Positions 24,455-37,590 of a stretch of 64,000 nucleotides of DNA are shown here, in pieces. The notes under the pieces were generated by a model. That model did not search any database. It worked only from the letters and a program-made list of their open reading frames with translations, and was not told the origin of the DNA. The stretch is from Mobula hypostoma. Lineage: Eukaryota. The DNA is taken from positions 13,456,001 to 13,520,000 of the forward strand of contig NC_086109.1 of the NCBI RefSeq assembly GCF_963921235.1, written 5' to 3'. The stretch's first letter is position 1. Each line of letters opens with the position of its first letter. Made by a program: the position numbers and the translations under genes.

Positions 24455-24870
24455 CCAAAGGGGTTGTCTGTTGGCGTGTCCTCAGGTGGCTGTAGGGGCC
24501 AGTCTGAGATCTACATATTCCATGGGACTTAATCCAGGATGTTAGGATGGATTCCCTGAATGGACTCCCCTGATGTGTCTTTGCTTAGCGTGGGGAGGGT
24601 GACGCACATGATTCATGGAGATCGGGGTCAGGGTCCAGTGGCCTGGAGTGCAAGATGACTGGGGACCCTTCCCTGCTGCGGCCTCACTCCACCTCCGCTG
24701 CGCTGCGATGTGTCATCGTCTCCTGCCAGCACCACTGTCAGGCTCTTGGCTGGATCGCTCTTTGTCTGCATCCTCTCTCTTGGCTTCACCGCCACGGGTG
24801 ACCCTAGCCGGAGCTAAGCGCCGGATGGGAAAACTCCAGGCGGCATCGCTCTCTGGAGCTCACAGGTCTC
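24455..24870 (-). mobile_element. GC-rich RTE-like 5' end or RTE-derived SINE
   Basis: CpG-retaining block resembling RTE 5' regions from recall; not aligned. Confidence 0.4.
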
Positions 24871-25435
24871 TCCACAACAACCCTTGGAGAAGACATGCAA
24901 CAACAGAGCACACAGATGAGTCTTTCACTCCGTGATGTGAACCCCGACCATGCTGATAGATCTAATCACTCCGGCTGCACAAGATCCATATCCCTCTATT
25001 CTCCGTCTGTTCCCGTGTCTCTTAAAATTTATTTTTGTATGTAATTTAAGTAAACTATGGGATTAACTTTTACAATCACAGCCACTAGACTTCCACATTG
25101 AACGTTCCGCGTTAGGAAGCCCAAGGTGCTTACAGACTACAACACTGGCATGAATCAACACTCTCCTGACCAATCACTAAATGATCCAGCCTTCTCCCTG
25201 TAAAGGATATCACCTCACACATGGAATATATATATAGACTCCTAATATTTGTTTCAAAGGAATTCTGTTTGAGGTTTGTTTCTCTGTAAATTCTAATGTT
25301 TAAGCAGAATTTTTTGATGCTTATAATGTCATTTACACTATTCCAAGAAGTGAGTCTCTTGCACAAGTCACACATAAAATGATTTAACCCATGTTAGATC
25401 ACATGCTGCTTCTGTAAAGCAAACAGCACTATAAA

Positions 25436-25836
25436 GGACCCCATGCACCCCTCATACAAACTCTTCTCCCTTCTGCCATCTGGAAAAAGGCACCGAAGCA
25501 TTCGGGCTCTCACGACCGGACTATGTAACAGTTTCTTCCCCCAAGCCATCAGACTCCTCAATACCCAGAGCCCGGACTGACACCAACCTACTGCCCTCTA
25601 CTGTGCCTATTGTCTTGTTTATTATTTATTGTAATGCCTGCACTGTTTTGTGCACTTTATGCAGTCCTGGGTAGGTCTGTAGTCTAGTGTAGTTTTGTGT
25701 TGTTTTACATAGTTCAGTGTAGTTTTTGTATTATTCATGTAGCACCATGGTCCTGAAAAACATTGTCTCGTTTTTACTGTGTCCTGTACCAGCAGATATG
25801 GTCAAAATGACAATAAACAGTGACTTACTTGACTTG
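25436..25836 (+). mobile_element. Rex/Babar-type LINE 3' fragment
   Basis: Encodes DPMHPSYKLFSLLPSGKRHRSIR...NSFFPQAIRLLN; AATAAA and GACTT-type tail. Confidence 0.8.
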
Positions 25837-27271
25837 ATATAAAGGCAATTATTTCCAAGTTAATTTGAGTCTGTTGGAATTTTAGTGTGCAATTCTGCTT
25901 AATGCCCTGAGATTTTCAAACATCTCAATGAAAGGATCTCATTCCAGCTCTAATGAAGCATCTCAACCCAAAATACTGACTATCCATTTCCCTCCAGAGA
26001 TGCTGTCCACCCACTGTGCTTCTGGGAGTTTTTTTTTTGCTGATCTTCATTCCAGCATCTGCAGTCTTCTGTGTCTACATGCTGACCTTCCTCGCAGACT
26101 TGCAGTTTTCAGCTCATGGGATATTACTGCTGTGTTTTCATGTTAATCTCCAAGCCAAATGTTGTGCTGTAGCTATGGAGCCGTACAGTACAGAAACAAG
26201 CCCTTCGGCCACCTCGTTCATACTAGCTACTTTGCCCACATCGGGTCCATAACCTTGCCTATTGAAATGCCTGTGTAAACATCACTGAAGCACAGTGATT
26301 GTATTTAATTCTAACTACCTTCTCTGCTACCCTGTTCCAGGTATTAACCACCTTGATGTACATTTAATCTTCAAACCCACTTTAAAACCAGAATCAGGTT
26401 TGTTATCACTAGCACATCATGAAATTCATTCTACTTTGCAGCACACACAAAAAAAACTAAGTCAGCAGTACGAAACACGTTTGTAATAGATAGATTAGAT
26501 GGGTAAAGCAAAACAGTGAAGTAGTGTTCATAGTTCATAGACTGTTCAGAAGTCTGAAGGTGGGGGTGGAAGAAGCTGTTCCTAAAACGTGTATTGTACA
26601 GAAGCATGAAGTCACGTTCTCAAAGATTTAGGTTCTTCCCCTTTGCCATCCGATTTCTGAATGGCCATTCAACCCATAAACATTATCTCACTACTTTTTA
26701 TTTCTATTTTTGCACTACTTAACTTAACTATTTTATATATATGCTTTCTGTAATTCAGGTCTGTTATTATGTATTGCATTGTACTGCTGCTGCAAAGTTA
26801 ATAAGTTTTACATCTTATGTCAGCGATGTTAATCCTGATTCTCTAAACTGTGTCCTCTCATATCAAACCTGGGCCCTTTAGGTTTTGATACCATTACCAT
26901 AGAAGAAATGTTTCTGGAGCAACATACACAAAGTGCTGGAGGAACTCAGCAGGTCAGGTAGTATCAACGTAGAGAAATAGACTGTCGGCTCTTGAGCCAA
27001 TATGCTTCAACAGGACGACAAAGTCTCATGATTACGAAAAGATAATCAGCAGTCTGTCCCAAGTCTCATAGCATTATACATACCCCTATCATATCGCTCC
27101 TCATTCTCTTGCACCTGAGGGAAATCAAGTCACACTACCCAACATCTCCCCAAGTTCCTCCAATATAGGTAAGGTCCTGGTGAACAACCTCTGCCCTCCC
27201 GCCATCACCACCGCAACACTCACAACACGCTGGAGGAACTCAGCAGGTCGGGCAGCATCCGTGGAAACGAT

Positions 27272-27309
27272 CAGTCAACGTTTCGGGCCGGAACCCTTCG
27301 TCAGGACAG
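27272..27309 (-). ncRNA. Minimal hammerhead ribozyme (GUU site)
   Basis: Minus strand CTGTC-CTGACGA-A-GGGT-TCCG-GCCC-GAAA-CG-TT-GACTG. Confidence 0.8.
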
Positions 27310-27972
27310 AAGAGGGAAGGGGCAGAGGCCCTATAAAGAAGATGGGGGGAGGGTGGGAAGGAGAAGGCTGGTAGGTTCCAGGTGAAAAACCAGTAAGGGG
27401 AAAGACAAAGGGGTAGGGGAGGAGAAGCAGGGAGGGGATAGGCAGGAAAGGTGAAGAAGGAATAGGGGAAAACACAAAGGGTAGCAGAAGGAGGTGGAAC
27501 CATGAGGGAGGTGATAGGCAGCTGGGGAAGGTGGCAGAGTGAAATAGGGATAGGGGAAGGGAGGGGGAGGGAATTACTGGAAGTTGGCGACTTCAATGTT
27601 CATACCAAGGGGCTGGAGACTATCTAGGCGGTATATGAGGTGTTGCTCCTCCAACCTGAGTTTAGCATCATCATGGCAGTAGAAGAGATTGACATTGAAT
27701 TCTCCAACTTCTGATAATTCCTTCCTCCTCCCTTCCCCTATTCCTGTTTCACTCTGCCTCCTCCCCCAGCTGCCTATCACCTCCCTCATGGTTCCACCTC
27801 CTTCTACTACCCACTGTGTTTTCCCCTATTCCTTCTTCACCTTTCCTGCCTATCACCTCCCTGCTCCCCCTCCCCCACCCCTTTATCTTTCCCCTTTTTC
27901 ACCTGGAACCTACCAGCCTTCTCCTCCCACCCTCCCCCACCTTCATTATAGGGCCTCCGCCCCTTCCCTCTA

Positions 27973-28010
27973 CAGTCCTGACGAAGGGTTCCGGCCCGAA
28001 ACATTGACTG
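27973..28010 (+). ncRNA. Minimal hammerhead ribozyme motif (AUU site)
   Basis: CAGTC-CTGACGA-A-GGGT-TCCG-GCCC-GAAA-CA-TT-GACTG; perfect 5-bp stem I. Confidence 0.75.
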
Positions 28011-28198
28011 ATCGTTTCCACGGATGCTGCCCGACCTGCTGAGTTCCTCCAGCGTGCTGTGAGTGTTGCTTTGACCCCAGCATCTGCAGAGTATTCTGTG
28101 TTTAGGCATCACCACCGTATCATTCCTGTAGTGTCGTGACCAGAAGTGCACGCAGTACTGCAAGTGCTTTGTAAAGTTGCCTCATTGACCTTAATGTG

Positions 28199-28480
28199 AG
28201 GGTGGCACAATAACATAGCAGTTAACGTAACGCATTAGAGTGCCAACTGTAAGATCGGGGTTCAGTTCCCACCGTTGTCTATCAGGAGTTCATAAACTCT
28301 TCCCGGGACCATGTGGATTTCCTCTGGACACTCTCGTTTCCTTCCGCATTCCAAAGATATACGGGTTAGTGTTTGTAAATTGTGCACATGCTGTGCTGGT
28401 GGAGTGCTTTCAGGGCGCCAATTGACACATTTCACTGAATCTATCGCTGTTTCAATGTAAGTGTGACAAATAAGGCTACC
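28199..28480 (+). mobile_element. HE1/V-SINE-like element
   Basis: tRNA-like head with GGTTCAGTTCC box followed by V-SINE-like core. Confidence 0.65.
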
Positions 28481-29633
28481 TCCTTAATCTCTTTAAATCC
28501 CTTTTCGTACATCCCTGTGGTATGAGGTCACAAGTTGACATAACCTGATTTTGGCCAGGCAATTTTCGGGGTGCAGGAGCACCCACTCACAACATATGGC
28601 TGTGTCCCTCCATTTCCATCATCTCGATGCCAACCTTTTGCTCGGCTGCGCTGTAGCTCTCATGCACTGATTCACTGATTAATTTATGGTCTGACACTTG
28701 TTGCAATGTTAGTGCTCATGCCTGGGTTAGACCACACCCAGGGAGAAATTAGCTCCAACTTGTATATGGATGTTTCACCTTAATACTCACCACTTCCAGG
28801 TGTAATTTCTGTGTTTAATAACGGTCATAAGATAGAGAAGCAGAACCAGGCCATTTGGTCCATCAAGACCATTCTATCATTCTGTCATGGATGATTTATT
28901 ACTCTTCTCAACCCTCTTCTCCTGCCTTTGAAACCCCCCACTTGAACTATACCTAATGATTTGGCCTCCACAGCCGTCTCTGGCAATGAATTGCACAGAT
29001 TTGCCACCCTCTGGCTAAAGGACCAAGACTGCTCATAGTTCCTCTGTTACTAACACTGGGAACTTTGTGCAACTCCTGTCAAAAGCCATGCAGGTCCTGT
29101 TTCTACCTCTGGTAAATCTCGGTTACATTGATTGTAATGTATTATTGGTTAACTTTTTTATGATGGAATCTGATTGGATGTTGCTGTTATTCACAGCAGA
29201 TGTCTGATGCATCCAGAAAGGGCGTTTACCAAATATCTGGTAGTTCTTTTGATCCTTGGAACTAGATTTAACAACAGACTGATGGGGTGGCTTCCCATTC
29301 CCGCAGACTAATAGGTTACACAAGAGATTATGTAAATGCTGGAAATCCAGAGTAACAAACACACAAAATGCAGGTCAGGCAGCATCTGGGGAGAGGAATA
29401 GACATAGTTTATCGACAGTGAAAGAGGCTTCAATGGGGCCCTTCCCAGCCAGTAAAAACAGAAGGTGCTGGAGCTATTCAGCATCTGTAAAAGAGAAAAT
29501 CTGTTGTCATTTCAGTTTGATAGCTCTTCCTCAGCACCGGGACTTTTGATGTGAATATACAATTGGGTAGCTGGTTATGCAGCAAATGGCACTGCTGTCT
29601 CATTGTTCCAGCAACCTAGGTTCAATCCTGACA

Positions 29634-30363
29634 TTTACTTTACTTTACTTACTTTACTTCATATTTTATTGTCGCCGAACAATTGATACTAGAACGTACA
29701 ATCATCACAGCGGTATTTGATTCTGTGCTTCCCGCTCCCTGGATTACAAATCGATAGTAAATATTAAAAATTTAAATTATAAGTCATAAATAGAAAATAG
29801 AAAAATGGAAAGTAAGGTAGTGCAAAAAAAACCGAGAGGCAGGTCCGGATATTTGGAGGGTACGGCCCAGATCCGGGTCAGGATCTGTTCAGCAGTCTTA
29901 TCACAGTTGGAAAGAAGCTGTTCCCAAATCTGGCCGTACGAATCTTCAAGCTCCTAAGCCTTCTCCTGGAGGGAAGAGGGACGAAAAGTGTGTTGGCTGG
30001 GTGGGTCGTGTCCTTGATTATCCTGGCAGCACTGCTCCGACAGCGTGCGGTGTAAAGTGAGTCCACGGACAGAAGATTGGTTTGTGTGATGTGCTGCACC
30101 GTGTTCACGATCTTCTGCAGCTTCTTCCAGTCTTGGACAGGACAACGTCCATACCAGGTTGTGATGCACCCTGGAAGAATGCTTTCTACGGTGCATCTAT
30201 AAAAATTAGTGAGGGTTTTAGGGGACAGGCCAAATTTCTTTAGTTTTCGCAGGAAGTAAATGTGCTGGTGGGCCTTCTTGGCAGTGGACTCTGCTTGGTT
30301 GGACCAAGTCAGGTCATTTGTGATATTGACCCCGAGGAACTTAAATCTTTTGACCTGTTCCAT
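29634..30363 (-). mobile_element. Rex/Babar-type LINE 3' fragment inserted in a SINE
   Basis: ORF 29878-30408: FKFLGVNITNDLTWS..KKAHQHIYFLRKLKKF..FYRCTVESIL..WYG; (TACTT)n tail. Confidence 0.9.
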
Positions 30364-30945
30364 TTCCCTGTACTCCTTGGTATATGTACTTCCTCCCTGT
30401 GACTTCATAGACTCCCCCTCCCCTGGGTGCTCCAGTTTCCTCCGACGTCCTTAATATGTGCAAGTGGATTGCCCCAGTGTGTGTTGGTGCTGGTGGGTGG
30501 TGAAATCTGGGAGGAGTGGAAAATGGAATTAACCCAAATGGATGCTGGATGGCCAGCATGCATTTGTCGGGAAGGAGAAAGAGAGAAAGGTTGAGAAAAA
30601 GAGAGGAAGAAAGAAAGGCAATTATTTGTCACATATACATCGAAACAGTGAGGATTGTGTTGGGCAGCTGGCAAGTGCCACCATGCCTCTCGCGCCAACA
30701 GAGCATGCTCACAGCTCACTAACCTTAACTCGTATGCCTTTAGAATGTGGGAGAAAACTCGAGCAGTCAGAGAAAACGAGGTCATGGGGGAGACAGTGGA
30801 GGGAGTTAAATCCCCACCTTGTGGCTGGAATGGTGAAGCAGTGTGCTAACCATGGCGCACCACTTCCACAGCATAGCCTCTGCCTCAGGTAGGACCAGCT
30901 GAGCTGAGGTTTAGGCCAACATTAGTGCAGAGGACTCTGGTGTTC

Positions 30946-31920
30946 TGAATGGTGGTGAGGGAGGAAGTGTAAGGGCATGTGTAGCACTTGTTCTGCTTAC
31001 AAGGATAAGTGCCAGGAGGGAGATCGGTGGGGAGGGATGGGGGTGGGGGGGAATGAATGGACAAGGGAGTCGCATAGGGAGCGATCTCTGCGGAAAGCAG
31101 AAGTGCTACACATGCCCTTACACTTCCTCCCTCACCACCATTCAGGGCCCCAGACAGTCCTTCCAGGTGAGGCGACACTTCACCTGTGAGTCGGCTGGGG
31201 TGATATACTGCGTCCGGTGCTCCCGATGTGGCTATCTATACATTGGCGAGACCCGACGCAGACTGGGAGATCGTTTCGCTGAACACCTACGCTCTGTCCG
31301 CCAGAGAAAGCAGGATCTCCCAGTGGCCACACATTTTAATTCCACATCCCATTCCCATTCTGACATGTCTATCCACGGCCTCCTCTACCGTCAAGATGAA
31401 GCCACACTCAGGTTGGAGGAACAACACCTTATATTCCGTCTGGGTAGCCTCCAACCTGATGGCATGAACATTGACTTCTCAAACTTCTGCTAATGCCCCA
31501 CCTCCCCCTCGTGCCCCATCCGTTATTTATTTATATACACACATTCTTTTTCTCTCTCTCCTTTTTCTCCCTCTGTCCCTCTCACTATACCCCTTGCCCA
31601 TCCTCTGGGTTCCCCCCCTCCCTCTTTTCTTCCTCCCTAGGCCTCTTGTCCCATGATCCTCTCATATCCCCTTTGCCAATCACCTGTCCAGCTCTTGGCT
31701 CCATCCCTCCCCCCCCTGTCTTCTCCTATCATTTCAGATCTCCCCCTCCCCCTCCCACTTTCAAATCTCTTACTAGCTCTTCTTTCAGTTATCCTGATAA
31801 ACGGTCTCAGCCCGAAACGTCGACTGTACCTCTTCCTAGAGATGCTGCCTGGCCTGCTACGTTCACCGGCAACTTTGATGTGTGTTGCTTGAAATTCCAG
31901 CATCTGCAGATTGCCTCGTG
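30946..31920 (+). mobile_element. Penelope-like element, 5'-truncated with short 5' inversion; GIY-YIG 31101-31493 and pLTR with mutated hammerhead
   Basis: 10-bp TSD TCTGGTGTTC at 30936-30945 and 31921-31930; inverted segment 30946-31100; core mutated to CTGATAA at ~31794. Confidence 0.93.
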
Positions 31921-32373
31921 TCTGGTGTTCATAATGGTTTTGCAGAGTGCTACAAAAATGCTAGCCCTGCATCCTAATTGAAATGGGTTTGAAAATTTCC
32001 AACTTGAACAGAGGTGAAGAGCACCTGCAAAAATTAACATACATGTTTCAGGAAATGTAAGCATTGACAGCAGCAGGGGATCATTGTGGTTAAAGACTGA
32101 GATAATGAAAGCTTTCTCAATTGTACACCCATGCTATTATCTGTATGGGTGTGTTTGAAATTACAATTAATTATCGATTAAGATTAATTCAGAAACACTG
32201 TGTTCTTCCACGTTGCACAATTAACAAATGGAATTTTCAAATCTTACAATAGCGGTTAGAAATTATACCTATAAACTTCATGCCTAATGACTGTAACTGT
32301 ATGTCACCAACTAAAATACTGCAGATGCTAGAAATCTGAAATAAAATCAGTCAAAGCTAGAAAAAGAGTCGTA

Positions 32374-32670
32374 CAGCAGCGTAGTGGTTAGCCCAATCAC
32401 TGTAGCACCATATCATCGATCGGGGTTCAGTTCCCGCTGCTATTTGTAAGGAGTTAGTATGTTCTCCTGGTGACCACATGGATGCCTTCTGGTTGCTCTG
32501 GTTTCCTTCCACATTCCGAAGATGTGCAGGTTAGGGTTTGTGAGTTGTGGGCAGGCTAAGTTGGCTCCGGAAGAGTGGCAACACTTGCGGGCTGCCCCCC
32601 CCCAGCACAATCCTTGCTGATTTGATTTGACGCAAATGACACATTTCGTTGTACGTGTGACAAATAAAGC
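32374..32670 (+). mobile_element. HE1/V-SINE-like element
   Basis: A/B-box-like head, V-SINE-like core, GTGACAAATAAAGCT end. Confidence 0.7.
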
Positions 32671-33295
32671 TGATCGTTATCTATCCTTTTTTTAAAAAAA
32701 ACTCAGCAAGTCAAGCAGCCGCTGTGAAGTGAAAAACAGATTTCGTGTCGGTCACTTTTCGTCAGAACACAGGCTGTGTAATGGGAACACGGGGTCGGAG
32801 AGAATCAATAAGTAGTAGTGTAGCTGTGTAACCAAAATAGAAAAAGGGCATCAACAAATCACAGAATGTCAGTCTCAAGGAGAAGCAAGCATGAAAATGT
32901 AAATAAACAAGAGGAGATTAACATGTAAATGATCAGCAGGAAAGAATTCAATCATAATTCTATGATTCAATCCGGCTGTTGTTCCTTTAATTATATTGAA
33001 TGGAAAAGCCTAAAAAGATTCAAAATGCAGGTCGCATCTCTCCCTTAAAAGAGAGCAAATAATTAATGTCAAAGAACAATACAAATCAAGAATCTAATTT
33101 GGACAGAGCCACATTAATCTCAGGAATAATAATGGTGGTTTGTGTCCTGTTTTAGATTATGCAATACCAGAAGAAAACAGTTTGAATCTAACACACTGCA
33201 TCATTGTTTATGCTGGAATGAGTGTTGTTAGTATAAATCCCTTCTTGCACACAATTTTAGGCTTCAGCTGCAAAGGGCCTTTTTATGAAGGACAT

Positions 33296-33524
33296 TGTCG
33301 TGTATTTAATATTTTAGCAATATTTAAGTAATCTTGTATTGTTTGATTAAGCACTTAAATAATTCATTACAAGTTATTTGTAAACACATGTTAATTGCAT
33401 ACGCTATCACGTTACGTGATATGCATACACCTCGCTTAAAGTAAACCCAATGTGAGACTCACATTTTGTAGTCCTTTGTCTTCTTTTGAACTAGTTTAAT
33501 GTTTTGAAGTTACAAAACACAACA
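33296..33524 (+). mobile_element. Solo LTR related to the Gypsy LTRs at 43927 and 46719
   Basis: TGTCGTGT...ACACAACA ends, 5-bp TSD GACAT, shared ATTGTTTGATTAAGCA and GTTTTG[AG]AGTTACAAA blocks. Confidence 0.85.
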
Positions 33525-34605
33525 GACATGCAGTAGTATATGCCAATGACTTCTTCCTCCTCTGCTTCTAAGACAGCTCAGCACGGTCAAGGATGACTTT
33601 TTGAGATGGCCTCTTTTTCGCAGGCAAACAAAGGTTGAGATGCTGTCCTGAAGGTGGTGAACTTTATCATCAGTGTGAGGTGGGTGTTCCTACCACACAG
33701 ACATGATAGAGTGAGATCGTGGTCCAGGGAGATTTTCACATATGTGTATATGGACTTGCGTGTGTTACCCACTTAAACACACACACAGAGCTTCTATGTG
33801 CTCCTGATGCACAGTTCCAAAGGTCATAACCTCTTCCACCTCCCGGCTGTCATATCGCCTTCTCTGCACACCCATTATCCCCCTCACCGATCACCTGCCA
33901 GGTCGTAGCCTCCCTCTCACCCCCAGCTTCTTATTCTGGCTTCTTCCCCTTCCTTTCAAGTTCAAAACGATGACTGTTTATTCCTCGCCATAGATGCTGC
34001 CCGACTTGCAGAGTTCCTCCAGCCTTTTGCGTATGTGAGAAAATGAAGGAGGTTGTTTTCATTGAGAGGAACGAAATGACGCCAGCCGGGAATTGAACAA
34101 GAGGTAGAGACGCAGGTCCCCAGTGCAGGGTTGTGACTAGAAACCTTTATATTCCTTCCCCTCACACCCACCCACCCCCTCCCGACAACAGATGCTGCTC
34201 AGCTTACTGGCTTCCTTCAGCAGATTGCTTGTTCCTAGAGCAATAAATAATCTAATGCTCTTTGACCCATTTCATAACCACAAAATGTCACCCCCATGAC
34301 CAATTATTTCTTCCTGCCACGTATTCACCATGCACTCTGAATGCTGTGAGCTGAGGCAGAAATGTTGACCGGGTCACCAGGAAAACCCCTAGCAATGTAA
34401 TGGGAGTTTTCATTTATCTGAAGAATATTCAGAAGTATAGCACGACTGAGAGGACAGCATTACATCATGTTTGCACTAAGTTGTCAGCTATGGCTACGTG
34501 CTAATGCACTGACTGGTGGTGCTTGAACGTACAGTCTTCAGACACATTAAGAACTGCAATACGTCTGCTTTCTGGCTTCACTCAAACATTACGTGGCCCG
34601 AGCAC

Positions 34606-35061
34606 AAACACAGGAAAATCTGCCGATGCTGGAAATCCAAGCAACACACTCAAAGTGTTGGAGGAACTCAGCAGGCCAGGCAGTATCAATGGAAAAGAAT
34701 ACAGTCAACATTACAGGCTGAGACCCTTCATCAGGACTGGAAAGGAAGAGAAGTCAGAGTAAGAAGGTGGGGGGAGGGGAGGAAGAAGTACAAGGTGGTA
34801 GGTGATAGGTGAAACCCGGAGGGGGGAAGGGGTGAAGTAACGAGCTGGGAAGTTAATCACAGAAAGAGATAAAGGGCTGGAGAAGGGGGAATCTGACAAG
34901 AGAGGGTAGAAAACCATGGAAGAAAGGGAAGGGGTGGAGCACCAGAGGGAGGTGATGTACAAGTCAGGATATAAGGTGAGAGAGGGAAACGGGAATGGGG
35001 AATGGTGAGGGGAGGGGGGCGCAATTAACAGAAGTTTGAGAAATCGTTGTTCATGCCATCA
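34606..35061 (-). mobile_element. Older Penelope pLTR plus ORF end, decayed hammerhead at 34702-34739
   Basis: Minus strand CAGTC-CTGATGA-AGGGTCTCAGCCT-GTAA-TGTT-GACTG; GTTCATGCCATCAG ORF end. Confidence 0.85.
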
Positions 35062-35608
35062 GTTTTGGTCCCCTAATCTGAGGAAAGACATCCTTGCCAT
35101 AGAGAGAGTACAAAGAAGGTTCACCAGATTGATTCCTGGGATGGCAGGACTTTCATATGATGAAAGACTGGATGAACTAGGCTTATACTCGTTGGAATTC
35201 AGAAGATTGAGGGGGGATCTTATTGAAACATATAAAATCCTAAAGGGATTGGACAGGCTAGATGCGGGAAGATTGTTCCCGATGTTGGGGAAGTCCAGAA
35301 CGAGGGGTCACAGTCTGAGGATAAAGGGGAAGCCTTTTAGGAACGAGATTAGGAAAAACTTCTTCACACAGAGAGTGGTGAATCTGTGGAATTCTCTGCC
35401 ACAGGAAACAGTTGAGGCCAGTTCATTGGCTATATTTAAGAGGGAGTTAGATATGGCCCTTGTGGCTAAAGGGATCAGGGGTACGGAGAGAAGGCAGGTA
35501 CAGGGTTCTGAGTTGGACGATCAGCCATGATCATACTGAATGGCGGTGCAGGCTCGAAGGGCCGAATGGCCTACTCCTGCACCTATTTTCTATGTTTCTA
35601 TGTTTCTA
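35061..35608 (+). mobile_element. Young CR1 3' fragment (same family as 20268-22540)
   Basis: Near-identical sequence; (TTTCTATG)n tail. Confidence 0.95.
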
Positions 35609-35761
35609 AGTGGCCCCAATAATTCATTCTGCTTATCTGTAACTGATTTGTGAAATGGGCTTAAGGAGGGAGTGGCGTGTCTTCACCATGACTGTTACAT
35701 GTAGATCCAGTCCAAACCATTGGATTATGATCATTAAAGTGGTAAAGACAGCAATAGCATA

Positions 35762-36510
35762 AACACATGAGATTCTGCAGATGCTGGAAATCTTGAGCAA
35801 AACCCACAAAATGCTGGAGAAATCAGCTTATCAGGCAGCACCAATAGAGGGGAATAAACTGCTGACATTACTGGCCAAGACCTTTCATCAGGACTGGGAA
35901 GGAAAGGGGCAGAAGTTCTCCTTTGTTTATAATGTCTGATCTATTGCCAAGGAATTTCACTCCTGATGTGATTCAGCTCATCATTCCAAACATGCTAAAT
36001 AGATTTATGAAAATTGTCTTTTAAAAAGTAACAAATGTTCAGCTGGAGCTTCCTCCTGTCTGCCCATTGACCAATGTGCTCAAGACACTGCCATGCAAAC
36101 TCTTTGAAACATAACTGCCATGGGAACTTAGTCACACAGACACAGGAAGATAGCAAGTTATAAACACAATAGATTCTACAGATGCCAGAAATCTAAAGCA
36201 ACACACACAGAATGCTGGAGGAACTCAGCAGGTCAGGCAGCATATACAGAAATGAATAAACAGTTGATGTTTCAGGCCGAGATCTTTCTGCAGGACTGGA
36301 AAGGAGGGGGGAAGATGATGGAGTAAAACGGTGGGGGGAGGGGAAGAAGGATGGCTGGAAGGTGATAGGTGAAGCCAGGTGGGTGGGAAAGGTAAAGAGC
36401 TGGAGAGGAAGGAATCTGATAGGAGATTGAGTGGACCATGGGAGAAAGGGAAGGAGGAGAGGACTCGGGGAAGTGATAGGCAGGTGAGAAGAGGTAAAAG
36501 GCGAGGGACA
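35762..36510 (-). mobile_element. Two old Penelope pLTR relics (35762-35915, 36162-36510)
   Basis: CAGATGCTGGAAATC tail, GCTGGAGGAACTCAGCAGG, CAGGACTGG and purine-rich pLTR body. Confidence 0.8.
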
Positions 36511-36599
36511 TAGCCACAGACTTACAGACTTCTGGATGTAATGGGCTAAATCACATTCTTCTGTGCCGTGAGGTTGTACAGTTTTGGACACACACATAC

Positions 36600-37376
36600 A
36601 TAGAAACATAGAAACATAGAAAGTAGGTGCAGGAGTAGGCCATTCGGCCCTTCGAGCCTGCACCGCCATTTATTATGATCATGGCTGATCATCCAACTCA
36701 GAACCCCACCCCAGCCTTCCCTCCATACCCCGTGATCCCCGTAGCCACAAGGGCCATATCTAACTCCTTTTTAAATACAGCCAATGAACTGGCCTCAACT
36801 GTTTCCTGTGGCAGAGAATTCCACAGATTCACCACTCTCTGTGTGAAGAAGTTTTTCCTAATCTCGGTCCTAAAAGGCTTCCCCTTTATCCTCAAACTGT
36901 GACCCCTCGTTCTGGACTTGCCCAACATCGGGAACAATCTTCCTGCATCTAGCCTGTCCAATCCCTTTAGGATTTTATATGTTTCAATAAGATCCCCCCT
37001 CAATCTTCTAAATTCCAACGAGTATAAGCCTAGTCGATCCAGTCTTTCATTATATGGAAGTCCTGCCATCCCAGGAATCAATCTGGTGAACCTTCTTTGT
37101 ACTCCCTCTATGGCAAGGATGTCTTTCCTCAGATTAGGGGACCAAAACTGCACACAATACTCCAGGTGTGGTCTCACCAAGGCCTTGTACAACTGCAGTA
37201 GTACCTCCCTGCTCCTGTACTCGAATCCTCTTGCTATGAATGCCAGCATATCATTCGCCTTTTTCACCGCCTGCTGTACCTGCATGCCCACTTTCAATGA
37301 CTTGTGTATAATGACACCCAGGTCTCGTTGCACCTCCCCTTTTCCTAATCGGCCACCATTCAGATAATAATCTGTT
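36600..37376 (-). mobile_element. Young CR1 3' fragment (same family as 20268-22540)
   Basis: ORF 36698-37333; (CATAGAAA)n tail. Confidence 0.95.
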
Positions 37377-37393
37377 TATCCATACTTACTGAC

Positions 37394-37590
37394 ATGTACA
37401 CCCACATGGACACAGACATATACAGAGACATAACGACAGACACACATGGACATATAGACATAAATGCACACGTTCATGCACAACACACAGATATGGAATC
37501 ACTCACTCTCTCTTTCACACACGCACACACACACACGCACACACACACAAGCACACACACACACACACACGCACACACACACAGACAAGC
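37394..37590. repeat. CA-rich low-complexity region and (CA)n microsatellite
   Basis: Direct reading. Confidence 0.9.

Larger units (their letters stand above)
27214..28106. mobile_element. Second Penelope-like family: pLTR hairpin (arms ~27214-27687 minus, ~27688-28106 plus)
   Basis: 11-bp TSD CATCACCACCG at 27203-27213 and 28107-28117; GIY-YIG end LEEQHLIYRLDSLQPLGMN; arms are reverse complements. Confidence 0.93.

Noticed and set aside
33623..33678. Possible small exon (TTTTTCGCAG|...GAG|GTGGGT)
   Set aside because: Splice-like motifs alone, with no coding or homology support.
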